Origin: a virus
Taxonomy: Duplodnaviria > Caudoviricetes
Direction: 5' to 3' (one strand)
IMG/VR virus record: IMGVR_UViG_3300025715_000009
Span: 324,269-388,268 of that record
DNA: 64,000 bases
Numbering within the stretch: position 1 is the stretch's first letter; each line of letters begins with the position of its first letter. Positions 11,214-24,070 of the stretch are shown one piece after another. Position numbers and translations under genes: made by a program. Under the pieces are notes generated by a model that saw only the letters and a list, made by a program, of their open reading frames with translations, made no database searches and had not been told where the DNA came from.

Positions 11214-11819
11214 TCAATCTTCGATCTCATTTACATTTTTTACCTTTACATTGTGTATATTGAGATTTCTAACTGCTTGGACATTTTTAGAATCATCATC
11301 AACAAATGTTATTTTATCATAATTAGCCGAAAGAGATTTTATGACATTTGCCTTTCTCTCAAATGATGTTGCTCCTCTATATTTTTTTATATCATCACCA
11401 ACAGCAAACACCTCTTTTAGTTTTGATCCTATGCTCTTTAACTCACCTCTTTTTTTATACATAAGCCAACTAGCAATGGTAGATTTTATCACATCTTCCA
11501 TACCTCTTGCTGTTAATATGCCTACTTTATACCCCTTAGAAATCATATTATCCATATATTTTAAAACTTTAATTATAGGTTCTCCTGTAGAAATAGAAGA
11601 GGCAATTTTTTCAGCGTTTCTAAAATCTCTAAAATCATACATTCTCTCTGTCTCAGGTGATACTTTCTCATGAGAGAATTGTTCAGGAGTAAGTTTTATT
11701 TCTTGACCATTTATGTTCTTGTAGATATAAATGTTTTTTGCTTTTACAATAGTGTCATCAATGTCTAATAATAATAATTTATTTTTCTTTCCTTCAGTTA
11801 ATAACTCTTGAAAATTCAT
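11214..11819 (-). CDS. HAD-superfamily phosphatase (PNKP phosphatase-like)
   Basis: LLLDIDDT motif I, ILTAR motif II, K, FVDD motif IV. Confidence 0.75.
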   Translation of the reverse strand: MNFQELLTEGKKNKLLLLDIDDTIVKAKNIYIYKNINGQEIKLTPEQFSHEKVSPETERMYDFRDFRNAEKIASSISTGEPIIKVLKYMDNMISKGYKVGILTARGMEDVIKSTIASWLMYKKRGELKSIGSKLKEVFAVGDDIKKYRGATSFERKANVIKSLSANYDKITFVDDDSKNVQAVRNLNIHNVKVKNVNEIED

Positions 11820-11827
11820 AAATCCTC

Positions 11828-12502
11828 CTATTGGTATAGGATTACTTGATTTTTGCCATTGTCTTTTGCTCTATACATTGCATCATCGCTTTTTTGATAC
11901 AATATATGATGATCGTCTAAATCTTCTAACATTGCTACGCCAATGGATAAAGTTATGGCAATTTTCCTATTCAATCTTGATTCTTGTATTTTTTCTCTTA
12001 TCCTCTCACATAGATCTATTGCTTCTTGTTCTTGTATCTCTGGTAAGATGATTGCAAACTCTTCACCACCTAATCTTCCAAAAGAGTCATAGGGGCGAAT
12101 CATTCTAGAAATAATTTGGGTTAATGCAATCAAAGTTTGATCACCCGCATAATGCCCATAATTATCATTTATCAACTTAAAATCATCTATATCAAATAAA
12201 ACCATAGCCAGTTTAGATGAATTTCTCCTGGCTCTGGATATTTCTTTCTCTAACAAAATCATAAAATGTTGACGATTAAAAATTCTAGTTAGTGGATCTT
12301 TGGATACTTCAATTTTTAAATTATCATATTTATGAACTAGCAAAATCATTGATCCAATGGCAAAACATTCTGTTGTTATTGCTATTATTAAAGCAATAGG
12401 GCAAAAGATCTCTATACTATATAATGACCATAGTATTATTTGAGATAAAATTACTATTATCACTCCAGCAAGAAATCCCTTTCTTGCTATTGATCTTGGC
12501 AT
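11828..12502 (-). CDS. membrane-anchored diguanylate cyclase (GGDEF domain)
   Basis: Two TM helices; DPLT.IFNR, DIDDFK.IND.YGH..GD, RPYD I-site, GGEEF, AMY.AK..GKN. Confidence 0.95.
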   Translation of the reverse strand: MPRSIARKGFLAGVIIVILSQIILWSLYSIEIFCPIALIIAITTECFAIGSMILLVHKYDNLKIEVSKDPLTRIFNRQHFMILLEKEISRARRNSSKLAMVLFDIDDFKLINDNYGHYAGDQTLIALTQIISRMIRPYDSFGRLGGEEFAIILPEIQEQEAIDLCERIREKIQESRLNRKIAITLSIGVAMLEDLDDHHILYQKSDDAMYRAKDNGKNQVILYQ

Positions 12503-12543
12503 TTTTTTCTCCTTCTACACCTCCCCTCCCATACATCATATAT

Positions 12544-12617
12544 TAGCCTGGGTGGGATTCGAACCCACACTGTACGCATTTTGAGTGCGTCGCCTCCTGC
12601 CGTTGGGCTACCAGGCC
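12544..12617 (-). tRNA. tRNA-Leu(CAA), short variable loop
   Basis: GGCCTGG...ACGCA CT CAA AA TGCGT ACAGT GTGGG TTCGAAT CCCAC CCAGGCT A. Confidence 0.9.
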
Positions 12618-13584
12618 ATAAATTGGGCCTTGAAGGCCCAACTATATTTAACTTTCAAACATTTCTTCTAATTCATCAATATCAAACTGTTTATTTACAC
12701 AGTTAATATGGTTGTTTTTTGCTCCTCCATCTTTGATAAACTTTTTAGATCGGAACTTGTTCTGCTTATTTTTTGCCTTATTCTCTAGTCGTGCCCGATC
12801 TTCCCAAGTGCGCTTCATACTTTCTCCTTATGCAAAAATATCTAATTTAGTTCCACAATATACTGGGATAATACCCCTAACATATTCTGTTGTTTCAATT
12901 ACTATGCCATGATCAGTTTCTTTTATCTGTTTAACTTCAATAAATTCTGTTGCCCTGATCTCTTTAATATATGCTCTATATCTCCTTTCCTCTTTTAATT
13001 CCTTGATGGCCATTTATCACCACCTGGTAATTGTGCCAGATATTCATAATGTCTTTCAATCTCTTTTTGTGCAATTTCTATCCTATCCTCAAACACCTCC
13101 TGATACTCTGGTGAAAGCATTTCAACAAACATATTCATTACTAAATTAATAGTAATATCACATTCATCATCAGTCATATCAGAGTTATAGATAGCATGTA
13201 GAAAAGAATGGATAACCACATCCATAGCATCTATTTGAGCATTATCCATTTAACAACCTCTTGGCTAAAAATCGATTTAATTTATCTTTCATATAATGAT
13301 CTGTATATGGGCGAGAATTTAAAATATATGCTAAATCAATGTTTAAAAGGAATACTTGTTTCTCTTTGTAATAAATAGGATTGATATCATCATATGTTAT
13401 TGATTTCTTGGCATTATTGATAAAAAAACCATCAGCAAACACACGATTATCAGTGAATATATTGCTAGTGTGCATTATTTCAAGATTAAAAACAATATAA
13501 ATAACATCACCATCTTTTGAAGAGTGGACTAGCCATTTGTTGAGGATTTGATTTTCTAGACGTTGGTAAAAAGTTCTGGCCATA

Positions 13585-13980
13585 TTACACCGTATACTCA
13601 GAAATTCCAGACTCAGTGGTATAAACTACCTTCTTGACACCAGCCTCACGCAGAGCAATCTGACAAATCGGGCAAGGCTTAGCCAAACCCATCTGACCAT
13701 CATGCAAGAAGCGAAAAACATACAAGGTGTGAGGCATCTTGCGACACTTTACCAAAGCAGCAATCTCAGCATGAAGATAGATGCGATCAGGCCTTTCCGT
13801 CTTGCTGGCATATTCAGCCTGAAGAGGATGAGTCTTATCATAGGAATTAACCGCCTTGGAGACTATCTTACCAGCCGAGTCGGTAATAATAGCCGAAATG
13901 CGGTGCTTGTTGTGTCCAGGATCACCAGCCGAAAGCATATAGTTCTTGGCAATCCGCGTCATCATATCAATCTTAGCCAT
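13585..13980 (-). CDS. cytidine/deoxycytidylate deaminase-fold protein
   Basis: HAE and KPCPIC Zn motifs; visibly more GC-rich than neighbours. Confidence 0.85.
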   Translation of the reverse strand: MAKIDMMTRIAKNYMLSAGDPGHNKHRISAIITDSAGKIVSKAVNSYDKTHPLQAEYASKTERPDRIYLHAEIAALVKCRKMPHTLYVFRFLHDGQMGLAKPCPICQIALREAGVKKVVYTTESGISEYTV

Positions 13981-13988
13981 GATTAGTT

Positions 13989-14016
13989 ATTATATATAGT
14001 TTTATTCTGCTCTAAA
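13989..14016 (-). promoter_or_regulatory. early-type promoter TTTAGA-N16-TATAAT
   Basis: Motif match; 8 nt before the deaminase ATG. Confidence 0.7.
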
Positions 14017-17000
14017 ATCTTTTTTTACCCAAATCATTGAGTAATTTTTTAGCCATTAAACCTGGATTCTCATCTAATAATTTAACTATTTTCAATCCAT
14101 CAGTCGTAAAGGTATGAAAAACCCAACCGCCTGATCTCCAGTATTTAATTGCTGGCTTTAAAAGTTCTGCTTCTGGGCGATTTATCCATTTTATGATTTT
14201 TCTACCATGAAGATATGATAACATTGTAGGTTTAATTGCATCATAAGCCTCACTTGAGCAGAAGGCACTAGGATATTTTTGATATAATTGCCAGGCAGCA
14301 ATGTGATATTTATATATTATCATATTAGTAATAATAATTTAGCCATTAGACTTGGATCGGTTATCTTTTCTAACAATTCAGAATTTAATGAGTAGGTTAT
14401 GCTTTTAGAATCAATAATAGTTTTTTCAAGAAATTTAAAATTGGTATCGAATAAAACATATTTCGGGTAATGAAGTTCTGGGTTCAAAACTACCATGTAT
14501 AAATTTTTTTGATAGTATTGTGAGTGAGATCCTAACTTATCACCATTTACTTTATAAACATTCATTTTTAGGAACTAACACTCCCTGGGAAATGAATAGA
14601 TCAAACTGCTTTTTACTACATTCTGACTGTACAAGAGTTGTAAGGTTAGATCTAGCAATCGCATATTTTACTTTCTCTTCAGAGGAGTCTAAAACTTTTA
14701 ATAAGCAATCTCCCCAAAGTTGTTTATTCGCAAGTTCATATATTGAATTATATCCCATTCATAGCCTCTTTAATTTTTTCATAATAAGAAAACATTTTAT
14801 CACATTCTTCTTGGTTCAAATATCGAAAAGAGAAAAACATTGGGTATCCATTCATAGACATAGGTCCTGCTCGATCAAGATATTCATAAATCAAAGCAGG
14901 TTTAGAATCAAAAAAATCTTTGCCTGCTTTTGTTTCTGATTTGATGAACATAAGAGCCATAAAGATACTTTGTAAATTTGTATGTTCATCAAGATGTCTA
15001 TCAGTAAAAATCTTGCCTGAATAAAGATCTTTAGCCAATTCTTTCAACTCTTCATCTTTCATATATCACCTCGATTTACAAGTGCAAGGATCATGCCCAC
15101 ATGCTGGACACAACCCCAAAGATAACCTCTTTCTGATCTTTTTATCTGCTCTAGATCCACCATTTGCTGGATCACATCCTCTATAATAACACCCTTTACA
15201 TAAATCCCAAGATTTTTGCCCAGATTTTTTTATTCCTCTAGGCTTGCGTTTCCTCATTCAAATTCCTTGGCATTTACAATATAAGAAAAATTTGCTTCTG
15301 AGTCTGATAAATAGGCAAGCATAGCAGAAAGAGAGGCAAAGTCTCTTTCATATTGTTTATCCCCATAATTAATATCTACAGTATATCTATCATTAAATGT
15401 TTTATTTAACTTGATAATTATATAAAGAGATGTATCTTTTTCTAGTTTATCCAAATTTGATACAAGTTTTGATAGGGCTTGTACCTCATCATATTTGACT
15501 TCTGTTTTAATTTGTGCTTTTACAGCTTGATTCCTTTTCCAAGAATCAATAGAGGCAAAAGTTGCTAATAAAAGAATAATAAACATAAATGCTATAATGA
15601 CAATTGTTGACTTGGTCATTTTTTACTCCTTAGATATATTTTAGGTCTAAACCTAATTTCCTAATATGGTTATCTTCTTTTACTCTTTTTTCTACATGTT
15701 TTACTTGCTCTATTCTCTCTCTCATCCTCTGTTGTTTAATTTCTTTATTCACCCTTTTAATTAAAATTGACAAAGAAATTAAGACAAAGATAGATAAAAG
15801 AACAAAGACAACAGATACAATAAACATCATTATAATAAGATCATTAGAGCAAGCAAGTGTAAGTGTGCTTAGGCTTTCCATATTAATAAAAATAAAATTT
15901 ATTTAATTTACGAATATTTAATCTAGATTGGGCTAGATTAATAGCAATTTTTTGTTCCATTACCAACTTGTTGAATTCCTTGATTTGTTCTGTTATGCCT
16001 TTACCCACAGCATCAATCTGTTGGCTGAAATATTGAAGTTGGATAGCAGTTGCTGTACGAGCCATGGCAGATTGGGCTGCTTGATATTCCTCAATTTGTT
16101 TTTGAGCAGCCGCTTGATAATCTTGGATATATGTTTGATAGAGGACAATATTCTTGTTATAAGAATCAATCAGATAAAGATCTTTTTGTTCTTGGATATA
16201 TGGAGAGAGACTGAAGACACTATATATCACAATAGCAATTACAAAAGAGAGGATGGAGAGCTTGTTGAATAGAGAGTTGACAACTAGATCAAAAACATCC
16301 TGTTTAACTTTAATCTTGAGGATAAAGTTTATTAGAAAGGATAAAAATCCAATGGATAAAAATATATAAAATAATGTTTGCATAATAACCTCCAGAGTTA
16401 TATATGCTTTTTTATAAAAAAAAGAAGGTTTTACTTCTTTTTAAGATACATAAAATTTTATATTAGGGTCTATTGTAAGAACAAAAGATTTATGTTTTTG
16501 ATACTCTTGTTTTTTATCTATATCTATATACGAGACGCTTCCTTGACCTATAACTGTTTCCCAAACATAGTGTTGATTTTTGTATTCAAAAAATATTTTA
16601 TAATTAGGAAATGTTTTTGTACAATCAATTAAATAACTAGTATGTTTTTTCATTGTATATTCATGAATATAAGTGTGAACTGATCTAAATTCTTTTGATG
16701 AGATAGGGAGAGTAGAATTTAGATCATCAGGGAAGTCCCAAGAATCTGTTCCATCTTGGACAGATCCTTGGTTGACTTGATCTATTACTTTATCAAACAA
16801 CTCTTGAGTCATATTAGATTGTATTCCAGCAAGTTGTTCATATTCTTGTGGGGTGAGATTTTTAAAATATTCTAGTGTGTCTTTTAGAGCTTGTTCTTGA
16901 TTCATATTATCTCCTTCTTGTATATTATATATGCTTAATTTTACTCATCTAATCCTACATAATCTAAATTTGTGTTGCCCAACTCTATTTGTCTTTCAAG

Positions 17001-17241
17001 GCCTTCAAATATGAAATGGATTAGTGCTTTTTTCATATCTTCATCAATTTCAGTTTCTTGTGTTAAAAAATGGTCAGAGACTAGAGTGCTACAATGTATA
17101 GAATATTTTCCTATTCTATAAGAAAATTTATCATTAAAAGTTGTTTTATTTATTTGTATTACAGCAGACTCATCATCTCGTGTTTCTATGGGAATAAATA
17201 TTGTATTACTATAAATATAAAATTTATACATTAGTGTTATC

Positions 17242-17748
17242 TTATAATTTTATGCTATAAAAATAGTCATTTGTATTTTTTCGAATAAGATCACATATAA
17301 TTGTTAAATTACTACCCAATTTTTTGTCAAACAGTTCGATTAATTTTTTATTTGGTAAAGCCAATTTCTTTATTTCATAAAATATTTGAAGTGATTTTTC
17401 TTCTGACTTGGTTATCATATAGAGGAGTGCTATACCCACAGCAGCAGATCTAGAAACGCCTGCATGACAGTGAATAACATATCCAGTAGCAACATCCTTT
17501 GTTTCATTAAAATAGTTTATTATTTTTTCTACGTCTGATAATGATGGTAGAATATCATTTAAATATTTCTTTTCATCGATATCATGAAACTCAAGCCTTA
17601 GATAAGAGACAAAATTATCTTTTATTGAATTCAACATTTTTTCGCCAGGAGATCCAATGGAGATACAATGATCAAAGTATTCTTCTTGATTTGCTAGAAG
17701 TTCATCTAATTGAGTTTCTCCGAAAATTTGAATATAAGGATATATCAA
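17242..17748 (-). CDS. protein tyrosine/dual-specificity phosphatase
   Basis: HCHAGVSRS (HCX5R) and LEFHD acid loop. Confidence 0.9.
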   Translation of the reverse strand: MIYPYIQIFGETQLDELLANQEEYFDHCISIGSPGEKMLNSIKDNFVSYLRLEFHDIDEKKYLNDILPSLSDVEKIINYFNETKDVATGYVIHCHAGVSRSAAVGIALLYMITKSEEKSLQIFYEIKKLALPNKKLIELFDKKLGSNLTIICDLIRKNTNDYFYSIKL

Positions 17749-17767
17749 TTTAATTCCTTTCTAGGAT

Positions 17768-17795
17768 ATTATACTATATAAATATATGCTCTAAA
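17768..17795 (-). promoter_or_regulatory. early-type promoter TTTAGA-N16-TATAAT with embedded GCATAT motif
   Basis: Motif match. Confidence 0.65.
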
Positions 17796-18071
17796 TGATT
17801 TAGAGAAGATAAAGATAAGTTATAATTATTAAACTACTATGAAATATCCTATGACAATAAAAAAATTACTAGATATTCAGGACAATATATATAAACTCAA
17901 ATATGAAAAATTAATTACACAGTATCTAAATACACTTGAAGTAGTTTGGTGTGAAGGATCTGTAGATTTAGATAACATGGGTTCTGAATATCCCTATGTC
18001 TTCTTATCTTTTAATAAAGATAGAGAAATTGAAGATGTAAAGATTTACAAATAGTTATTATATTACTTAAA

Positions 18072-18719
18072 TTATAATGTATTATAATAATCAAATATCA
18101 TTTTGATTTTTTCTTCATTATCTGCAAAAATAAAATTAAGAAAATCAAATTTATAGTCAGTTTTTATTTCACCAATATCATTTATATTTAAACAATAATT
18201 CATTAATTCTTCAAAAGAAATATTTGTTTTATCACAAAGCAAAGAACCAATTTCTTTAGGTATATAATTTAATGAATTTATAGGATTATGACTGATATCT
18301 AAACAACGCAGTCTGTTTATTTCCTCTATTCCTTCTAGGGAATTAATCTTATTATATGAACAAGAAAGTGTCCCATTCATGTCTTTTGGTAAACCTTTTA
18401 GCGAAAAAATGTTGTTTAAATCACAATATATAACTACCATTTCTTCTGGACATCCTTCTAAAGAAGATAATTTGTTTCTTGAACAATCAAGAGTATGAAC
18501 TTTTTTAGGTCCATATTTTAGTGTTGATAAATTACAATTATAACATTTAAAATATCCTGCAATTTCTGGTGAGCCTTTTAAGGATTTAATATTACATTTT
18601 TCCAATATAATATCATTTTTAAATTCATTGGGGAGGTCAAATTCTTCTAGTGATTCAATGTCTTGTTCAAAAAGAACAAAATCCCCTTTTTTATTTAAAT
18701 ATTTTTCATATGATTTCAT
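18072..18719 (-). CDS. leucine-rich-repeat protein
   Basis: Repeats of C..N.(L/I).SL(K/E)G.P. Confidence 0.85.
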   Translation of the reverse strand: MKSYEKYLNKKGDFVLFEQDIESLEEFDLPNEFKNDIILEKCNIKSLKGSPEIAGYFKCYNCNLSTLKYGPKKVHTLDCSRNKLSSLEGCPEEMVVIYCDLNNIFSLKGLPKDMNGTLSCSYNKINSLEGIEEINRLRCLDISHNPINSLNYIPKEIGSLLCDKTNISFEELMNYCLNINDIGEIKTDYKFDFLNFIFADNEEKIKMIFDYYNTL

Positions 18720-20387
18720 ATTCTTTAACCATCTTTGATATCAATAATCTTAATTTATCTTCACTACAAACAAACAAAGGTTCACAGGTAAAATTACTTG
18801 CTACATATTTTATATAATCATAAACCAGATATTGATCTTGTTTAATTGTAAACATTATAATTAGTTTATTAGAAATATAAATTTCTACTCTATCATTTAG
18901 AACTCTATATTGATATTTATTTAACACCTTATCTTGAGCAAATTCTTTTAATATATTATATATCTTAGGATGGGTTATTTCTTGAGCATCTTTAAACAAG
19001 AAAAATCTATCTAGATAATCTCCATTTAACATAGATATTCCTTGATTTGATCATATGTTAATAAATAATTTTTATCAATAAGTATATTAGGGTTTGATTT
19101 ATAAGCATTTAATAATTTATCATAATCTTTGTCGTCTTGTATATATACTATTTCTAAAAATGTAGCAATATATCTAGATACATCTTTCCATTTTTTTAAT
19201 ACTTCTGGAGAGATATGACGTTTCTTTACATCAACTTTGAAGATTATTTTATTAGATTCTAAATAACTTGTTATATATCTAATCATTTTAAACACCATGA
19301 TAAATTAATACTTAAATTATTCATTATCTTTATCAGATTCTTCAGAATTAAAATATCCATCCAAAGCATGATGAACAGGAAACATAATATTTTGACTTGA
19401 GATTTGTTTATATCTAGCTTTATATATTAACTTATCAAGCCATAATTCAATATATAGATATTCATCTTTTTTATACAATCGATATATATAAGTTTCTGCA
19501 TAATTCCATTCATCTAGTGTACACATCTTTTGAATAGGAAAAATTCTTAGATCTTCTCCCTCTACATATAGTTCTTGTGTAACATATACAATGTTTTGCT
19601 CAATAACAAAATATTCAATAGGATCATCTTTTATATTATAAAAATAATATTCAGTCTCATCATATTGAAAAAGTTGATGTTGAGCAAATAAAGAGAAAGA
19701 GAGGATTAAGAATAATACAAAAAGAAATTGCTTCATGAGAGTATTATTTTGTACCCAAAATTATTCTAAGTTGATTATTTTGAATAAGTTGAATATCAGT
19801 TTTTATAGATATATCTAAATATTCATAATATTCATGTTTTGGCATAAGTCGTTTTAAAAACAACTCATATACTACGATTTCTTTGAGATTTTCGAAATCA
19901 TCATTCATAAAATATTTACAAGATAAATCTATTGTATCAATGATTTCTTTTTTAAGAGTTTTTTCAATATTTAAATTATTAATAAGCGACTGTTGTAACT
20001 TATAAAAATACTTATTAGAAATTTCTAAATTGGATAGCTTTGTATTAAATTCTTCTTTATCTAATGTCATATTTAGGCCTGCAATAATTATTTCTTCTAA
20101 TTGCAGTGATAAATCATCGCTAATTAATATAGGCAGAATAACTATAAATGGATCGTGTGGTTCAAATTGCTTTAATTGTTCAGATCTTGGATCTAATGAA
20201 TTTGATGGCCAATTTGGTGGGAAAGAACCTCTAGCTACATCATACTGATCTTGGGCTGAAATATTGATTGTGAAAAAGAATAAAATATAAAACAATATGT
20301 GTTTCATTTGTTGAATCCCCTTGTTAATTATATATTGCTTTGTTATTATTCTAAAATATTATTTCAAAATTTTGTTCAAAAGAGTGT

Positions 20388-21293
20388 ATGAATATTGGTT
20401 TATCAAAAATGAAAAATCAAGGTTGTGAAAAAATTTGTACTATTTGTGGTCAATCTTATCATATTAAACCGTCAAAAAAAGATGAATCAAAATATTGTTC
20501 AAGAGAGTGTCGGCATATTGGTTTATCCGGCAAGGGTGAATATAAACTCGATTTGGATATGGAAGAAATACGACGCTTATATGTAGATGAGTTGTGGTCT
20601 GCACAAATGATTGCAGATAAAATGGGTACAATTAAAAAGAATATACTTTTCCGTCTTAAAGATATGAACTTAACTCGTAGTAAAGGTGAAGCCAAATCTA
20701 ATTTTTTTATTAATAATCCTGATAAAAATCCGAATAATCTACCTGGTGTTAAAGAAAAGCAAATTGAAGTTCAGAAAGAAATGAATAAAGATCCTATATA
20801 TAGAGCTGAACGAATAAACAAAAGATATTTGGGAATAAAAAGTATGTCTCCTGAGGCAAAAGAAAGTTGGAAATTATCAAAAAAGCAACAAATGATTAAT
20901 CGTTCTCCAGAAGAAGTATGTTCCGCTATGCGCAAGCAATACGCCACCAAGAGAAAGAATGGAACGTTTAAATGTAATGGCTTAGAGAAGAAGTATGAAG
21001 CTATTTTAATTCGAGATGATGTAACATATTTACCACAATATTGTATACCCGATGGTGATATGCTCTATCGTTACGATTTCTACCTTCCCGATAGCAATAC
21101 ACTTATTGAAGTAAATGGTACAGGAACACATGCTGATCCGAGGAAATATAAAGCCGAGGATTTAATTAAACTTGGTATTCCTGGTTGGAAAGTGAGAACA
21201 GCGGGTGAGATTTGGGAAGAGGATAGAGTAAAGAGAGAATATGCAGAAGAGAGAGGATATACGGTAATAACAGTGTGGCAGGAGGAATTATGA
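20388..21293 (+). CDS. free-standing homing-type endonuclease (Zn finger + Vsr/DUF559-like PD-(D/E)XK domain)
   Basis: CTICG...YCSREC; YDFYLP...LIEVNG..TH...D..K...A...GY.VI.VW. Confidence 0.75.
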   Translation: MNIGLSKMKNQGCEKICTICGQSYHIKPSKKDESKYCSRECRHIGLSGKGEYKLDLDMEEIRRLYVDELWSAQMIADKMGTIKKNILFRLKDMNLTRSKGEAKSNFFINNPDKNPNNLPGVKEKQIEVQKEMNKDPIYRAERINKRYLGIKSMSPEAKESWKLSKKQQMINRSPEEVCSAMRKQYATKRKNGTFKCNGLEKKYEAILIRDDVTYLPQYCIPDGDMLYRYDFYLPDSNTLIEVNGTGTHADPRKYKAEDLIKLGIPGWKVRTAGEIWEEDRVKREYAEERGYTVITVWQEEL

Positions 21294-21760
21294 TTAATGA
21301 TATTATTTGGTGGCAAGTTAGTCTATATGAATTAATAAATATTTGGATTCCTGGATTTATTTTTGTTTTTCTTGCATATCGTGTTGGTAGAGGAAAAATA
21401 AAATCTGGTGGTGGAACTGTTTCAATAAAAATAAGACCTGATTTTGAAGAAAACATTGTTTGTAAAATTGATGATATTCCTAGTTTATATATTAAAGAAT
21501 TAGAAGAAAATGATAATTGTTTTGAAAAAATGAATAATATTTGGAATAATGTTTCGAATACTCTTCTTAGCGTGATACCAGGACGGCCTAAGCCGGCCAC
21601 CAAATTAAAAATATATGATAAAAAACTACAATGTGATGAAATATTTGCTATTTTAATTAAAAATAATTATGAAATTACATCATGTATTCAGACAGACCCA
21701 ACAAACAAATTTTTAATAATAAAAAAGAAATATTAACAAACATTTTTATAAGATAATACT

Positions 21761-22786
21761 ATGAATAATTTTATAAAAGTGTTGGCAGAAGAAGTTTTAA
21801 AAGAAGATTTTGATATAAAAACTTTGGCTTTAAAATTTTTTAATAAACATCCTACTTTATTAAAACAAATACAAAAATTGGCTTGTAAACAAAGTATACC
21901 TCAAATTAAATTATCAAATTATGACCATTCTATTATAAAAGAAATTTATATTAATAAGAATACAGAAAAGGCTAAACAACTTATTAATTCAAGATATAAA
22001 CCTGGCGATAAAAAGTTTGGTGAATTGATGGATTTAATAAATGTAAATGAAGCTAAAAATAATGCCCTTTTGGCTATAGGATTTGCTTTAGCATTGGGTG
22101 CTGGATTACTTTCTGGATGTGCAAATCCTCTTGCTGGTGGTGAAGAGATATACAACCATGTTACAAATACAATTGAAGATGAATATATTGAAGAATTTCA
22201 AAATAATTTTGGAAAAGTTTATAAAGAAGAAAATAAAGTATTTTTCTATAATTCGTCTAAAAGTTGGGAAATAATAGGCATTAAAGGTATTTATGTTAAA
22301 ACAATTGTTAGAAATCCAAATTATGCTTTACAACCAGGTGAATCAAAATACTGGAGAAAAGCTATGTTTTACGCTCAATATTTAAACTTTTATGATTATA
22401 AAGCGGAAAAAGATTTGTTTTCAATAGAACCAGGTGAAGAAAAAAATATTTTATTAAATAAAAACGAAAACATGGTAGGAGTAATATTTAATTTTCTAAA
22501 CCCAAAATCTGGTGAAAAAAAACAAGTTATAGTTTATAATAACGGTATAAGATGGCCTTGGGGATCTAGTATAATACAAAATATTGAAAATGAATATGAT
22601 AAATTTATAAAATTACAAGAAACGGTTTATTGTGGTGAAAAATATAACAATTATCAAATAGATAATCTTAACGAATTAAAATTGAATAAATTTATTTCAA
22701 TAAATGATATCATATCAAAGTCTTATACATCATCTAATTATATAGATATACCTTGGGATGGATTAGAAATTAAACTCGATTTATAA
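21761..22786 (+). CDS. hypothetical protein with an internal lipoprotein-like segment
   Basis: 341 aa; internal LLAIGFALALGAGLLSGC. Confidence 0.5.
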   Translation: MNNFIKVLAEEVLKEDFDIKTLALKFFNKHPTLLKQIQKLACKQSIPQIKLSNYDHSIIKEIYINKNTEKAKQLINSRYKPGDKKFGELMDLINVNEAKNNALLAIGFALALGAGLLSGCANPLAGGEEIYNHVTNTIEDEYIEEFQNNFGKVYKEENKVFFYNSSKSWEIIGIKGIYVKTIVRNPNYALQPGESKYWRKAMFYAQYLNFYDYKAEKDLFSIEPGEEKNILLNKNENMVGVIFNFLNPKSGEKKQVIVYNNGIRWPWGSSIIQNIENEYDKFIKLQETVYCGEKYNNYQIDNLNELKLNKFISINDIISKSYTSSNYIDIPWDGLEIKLDL

Positions 22787-22812
22787 AGCATAATTTATTA
22801 AACGGAGGTAAA

Positions 22813-23016
22813 ATGCAATTTTTTAAAACTATTGATGGTATGAAATCATCAAATATTAAATATAGAAAAATGATAGGTGGAGATTTTCGTATAGAAGAAA
22901 ATGGTTTGATTACTGGAAAAATATTAAACACTAAAGATCTTGTTTTATTTCAAGGCTTTACAACAGATGAATTAGAAAAAGATTTTCATGAAACAGTTGA
23001 TTTCTATTTGTCATGA
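22813..23016 (+). CDS. hicB: HicB-like antitoxin (N-terminal domain only)
   Basis: G.ILN.KDLV.FQG.T.DELEK.F.E.VD.YL; overlaps the hicA start. Confidence 0.75.
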   Translation: MQFFKTIDGMKSSNIKYRKMIGGDFRIEENGLITGKILNTKDLVLFQGFTTDELEKDFHETVDFYLS

Positions 23017-23255
23017 AATTTTTTAATAATGTTTTTAAAAAACCGACAAGAGCTGATATAAGATGGAGTGAATTTGTAAAAGCTCTTAAAGAAGTTGGCT
23101 ATTTTTTGGATAAAAAGAAGGGAGTTCAGTGTTCATTTAAACATGATACTATAAAAGAAAAATTATTTATACATGAACCTCATGGTTCAAATAATATACC
23201 TAAAAGCGATATTGATAGAATTAGAGATAAATTAAAAGAAGTGGGTATTATTTAA
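23013..23255 (+). CDS. hicA: HicA-like toxin (mRNA interferase)
   Basis: DIRWSEF..AL...G....K.G....F.........HEPH. Confidence 0.8.
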   Translation: MKFFNNVFKKPTRADIRWSEFVKALKEVGYFLDKKKGVQCSFKHDTIKEKLFIHEPHGSNNIPKSDIDRIRDKLKEVGII

Positions 23256-23269
23256 ACCTAGCTGAAAGG

Positions 23270-23481
23270 CTGGGTTTTTAACAACAGATCAAATGATTTT
23301 ACGTGATAGAATTGTATTTCAATTTGCTAAAGATAATAATATTCCACTTGTGTGGAATCTTGCTGGTGGATATCAAGAACCTATAGAAAAAGTTCTTGAT
23401 TTACATGAAAATACACTTCAAGAATGTTTAAAGGTTATGTATGGTAATGGATTGTTGTTAAAAGCATCTAAATATCTTTAA
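23270..23481 (+). pseudogene. C-terminal fragment of a histone-deacetylase-family protein
   Basis: LGFLTTDQMILRDRIVF...NIPLVWNLAGGY matches the HDAC C-terminus; N-terminal part absent. Confidence 0.6.
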
Positions 23482-23490
23482 AGGATATCT

Positions 23491-23895
23491 ATGAATTATA
23501 TTATTCCACAGATCAAGCACAAATCCAAGCTCCTCCTCCGCAAGGTCCTACGTCTAGTCAAATTCTCACCTTCTTTTGTTGCCTATAAAGATGAGGATAG
23601 TTGGTTTGTTCAGGATCTAAATGGTTTCTCTAAACAGGATAATGAACTTGTCCTAGGTGTACCAGAGTTCCTAGAGAGATTTCTACCTGAATCAAAAAAG
23701 ATAAAAATTTATTATTATACTACTCCACAAACAGGCTCTATTGAACTGACTATGATTAGTACTTCCTTTTTTGGAACTACTTATAGTTATACTTATAAAG
23801 GGAGCAAATATTCTCTATGGCTTTGCCCGGTTTTATTCTGGTACTTTCCAGAGGCACCAAAGAGGCTATTTGTCAAGATGAGGAGGATTGCATGA
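23491..23895 (+). CDS. DUF6717-like hypothetical protein
   Basis: W...D......E..LV.G....L...G..Y......LWLCPVL.WYF..AP. Confidence 0.55.
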   Translation: MNYIIPQIKHKSKLLLRKVLRLVKFSPSFVAYKDEDSWFVQDLNGFSKQDNELVLGVPEFLERFLPESKKIKIYYYTTPQTGSIELTMISTSFFGTTYSYTYKGSKYSLWLCPVLFWYFPEAPKRLFVKMRRIA

Positions 23896-24070
23896 AAGAG
23901 TTGTATGATCTCAAAACTCGTACCAAGATTGAATCCTATCTTAATGATAAGGATATTCCTTATACCATCATCGAAGGGTCAGACATGTTTGATAATATGC
24001 GTCATCGCATGTACTCAGGCATAGTCCTAATCTTTGATGATGAAAACAACATCCAACACGTTTATAACAA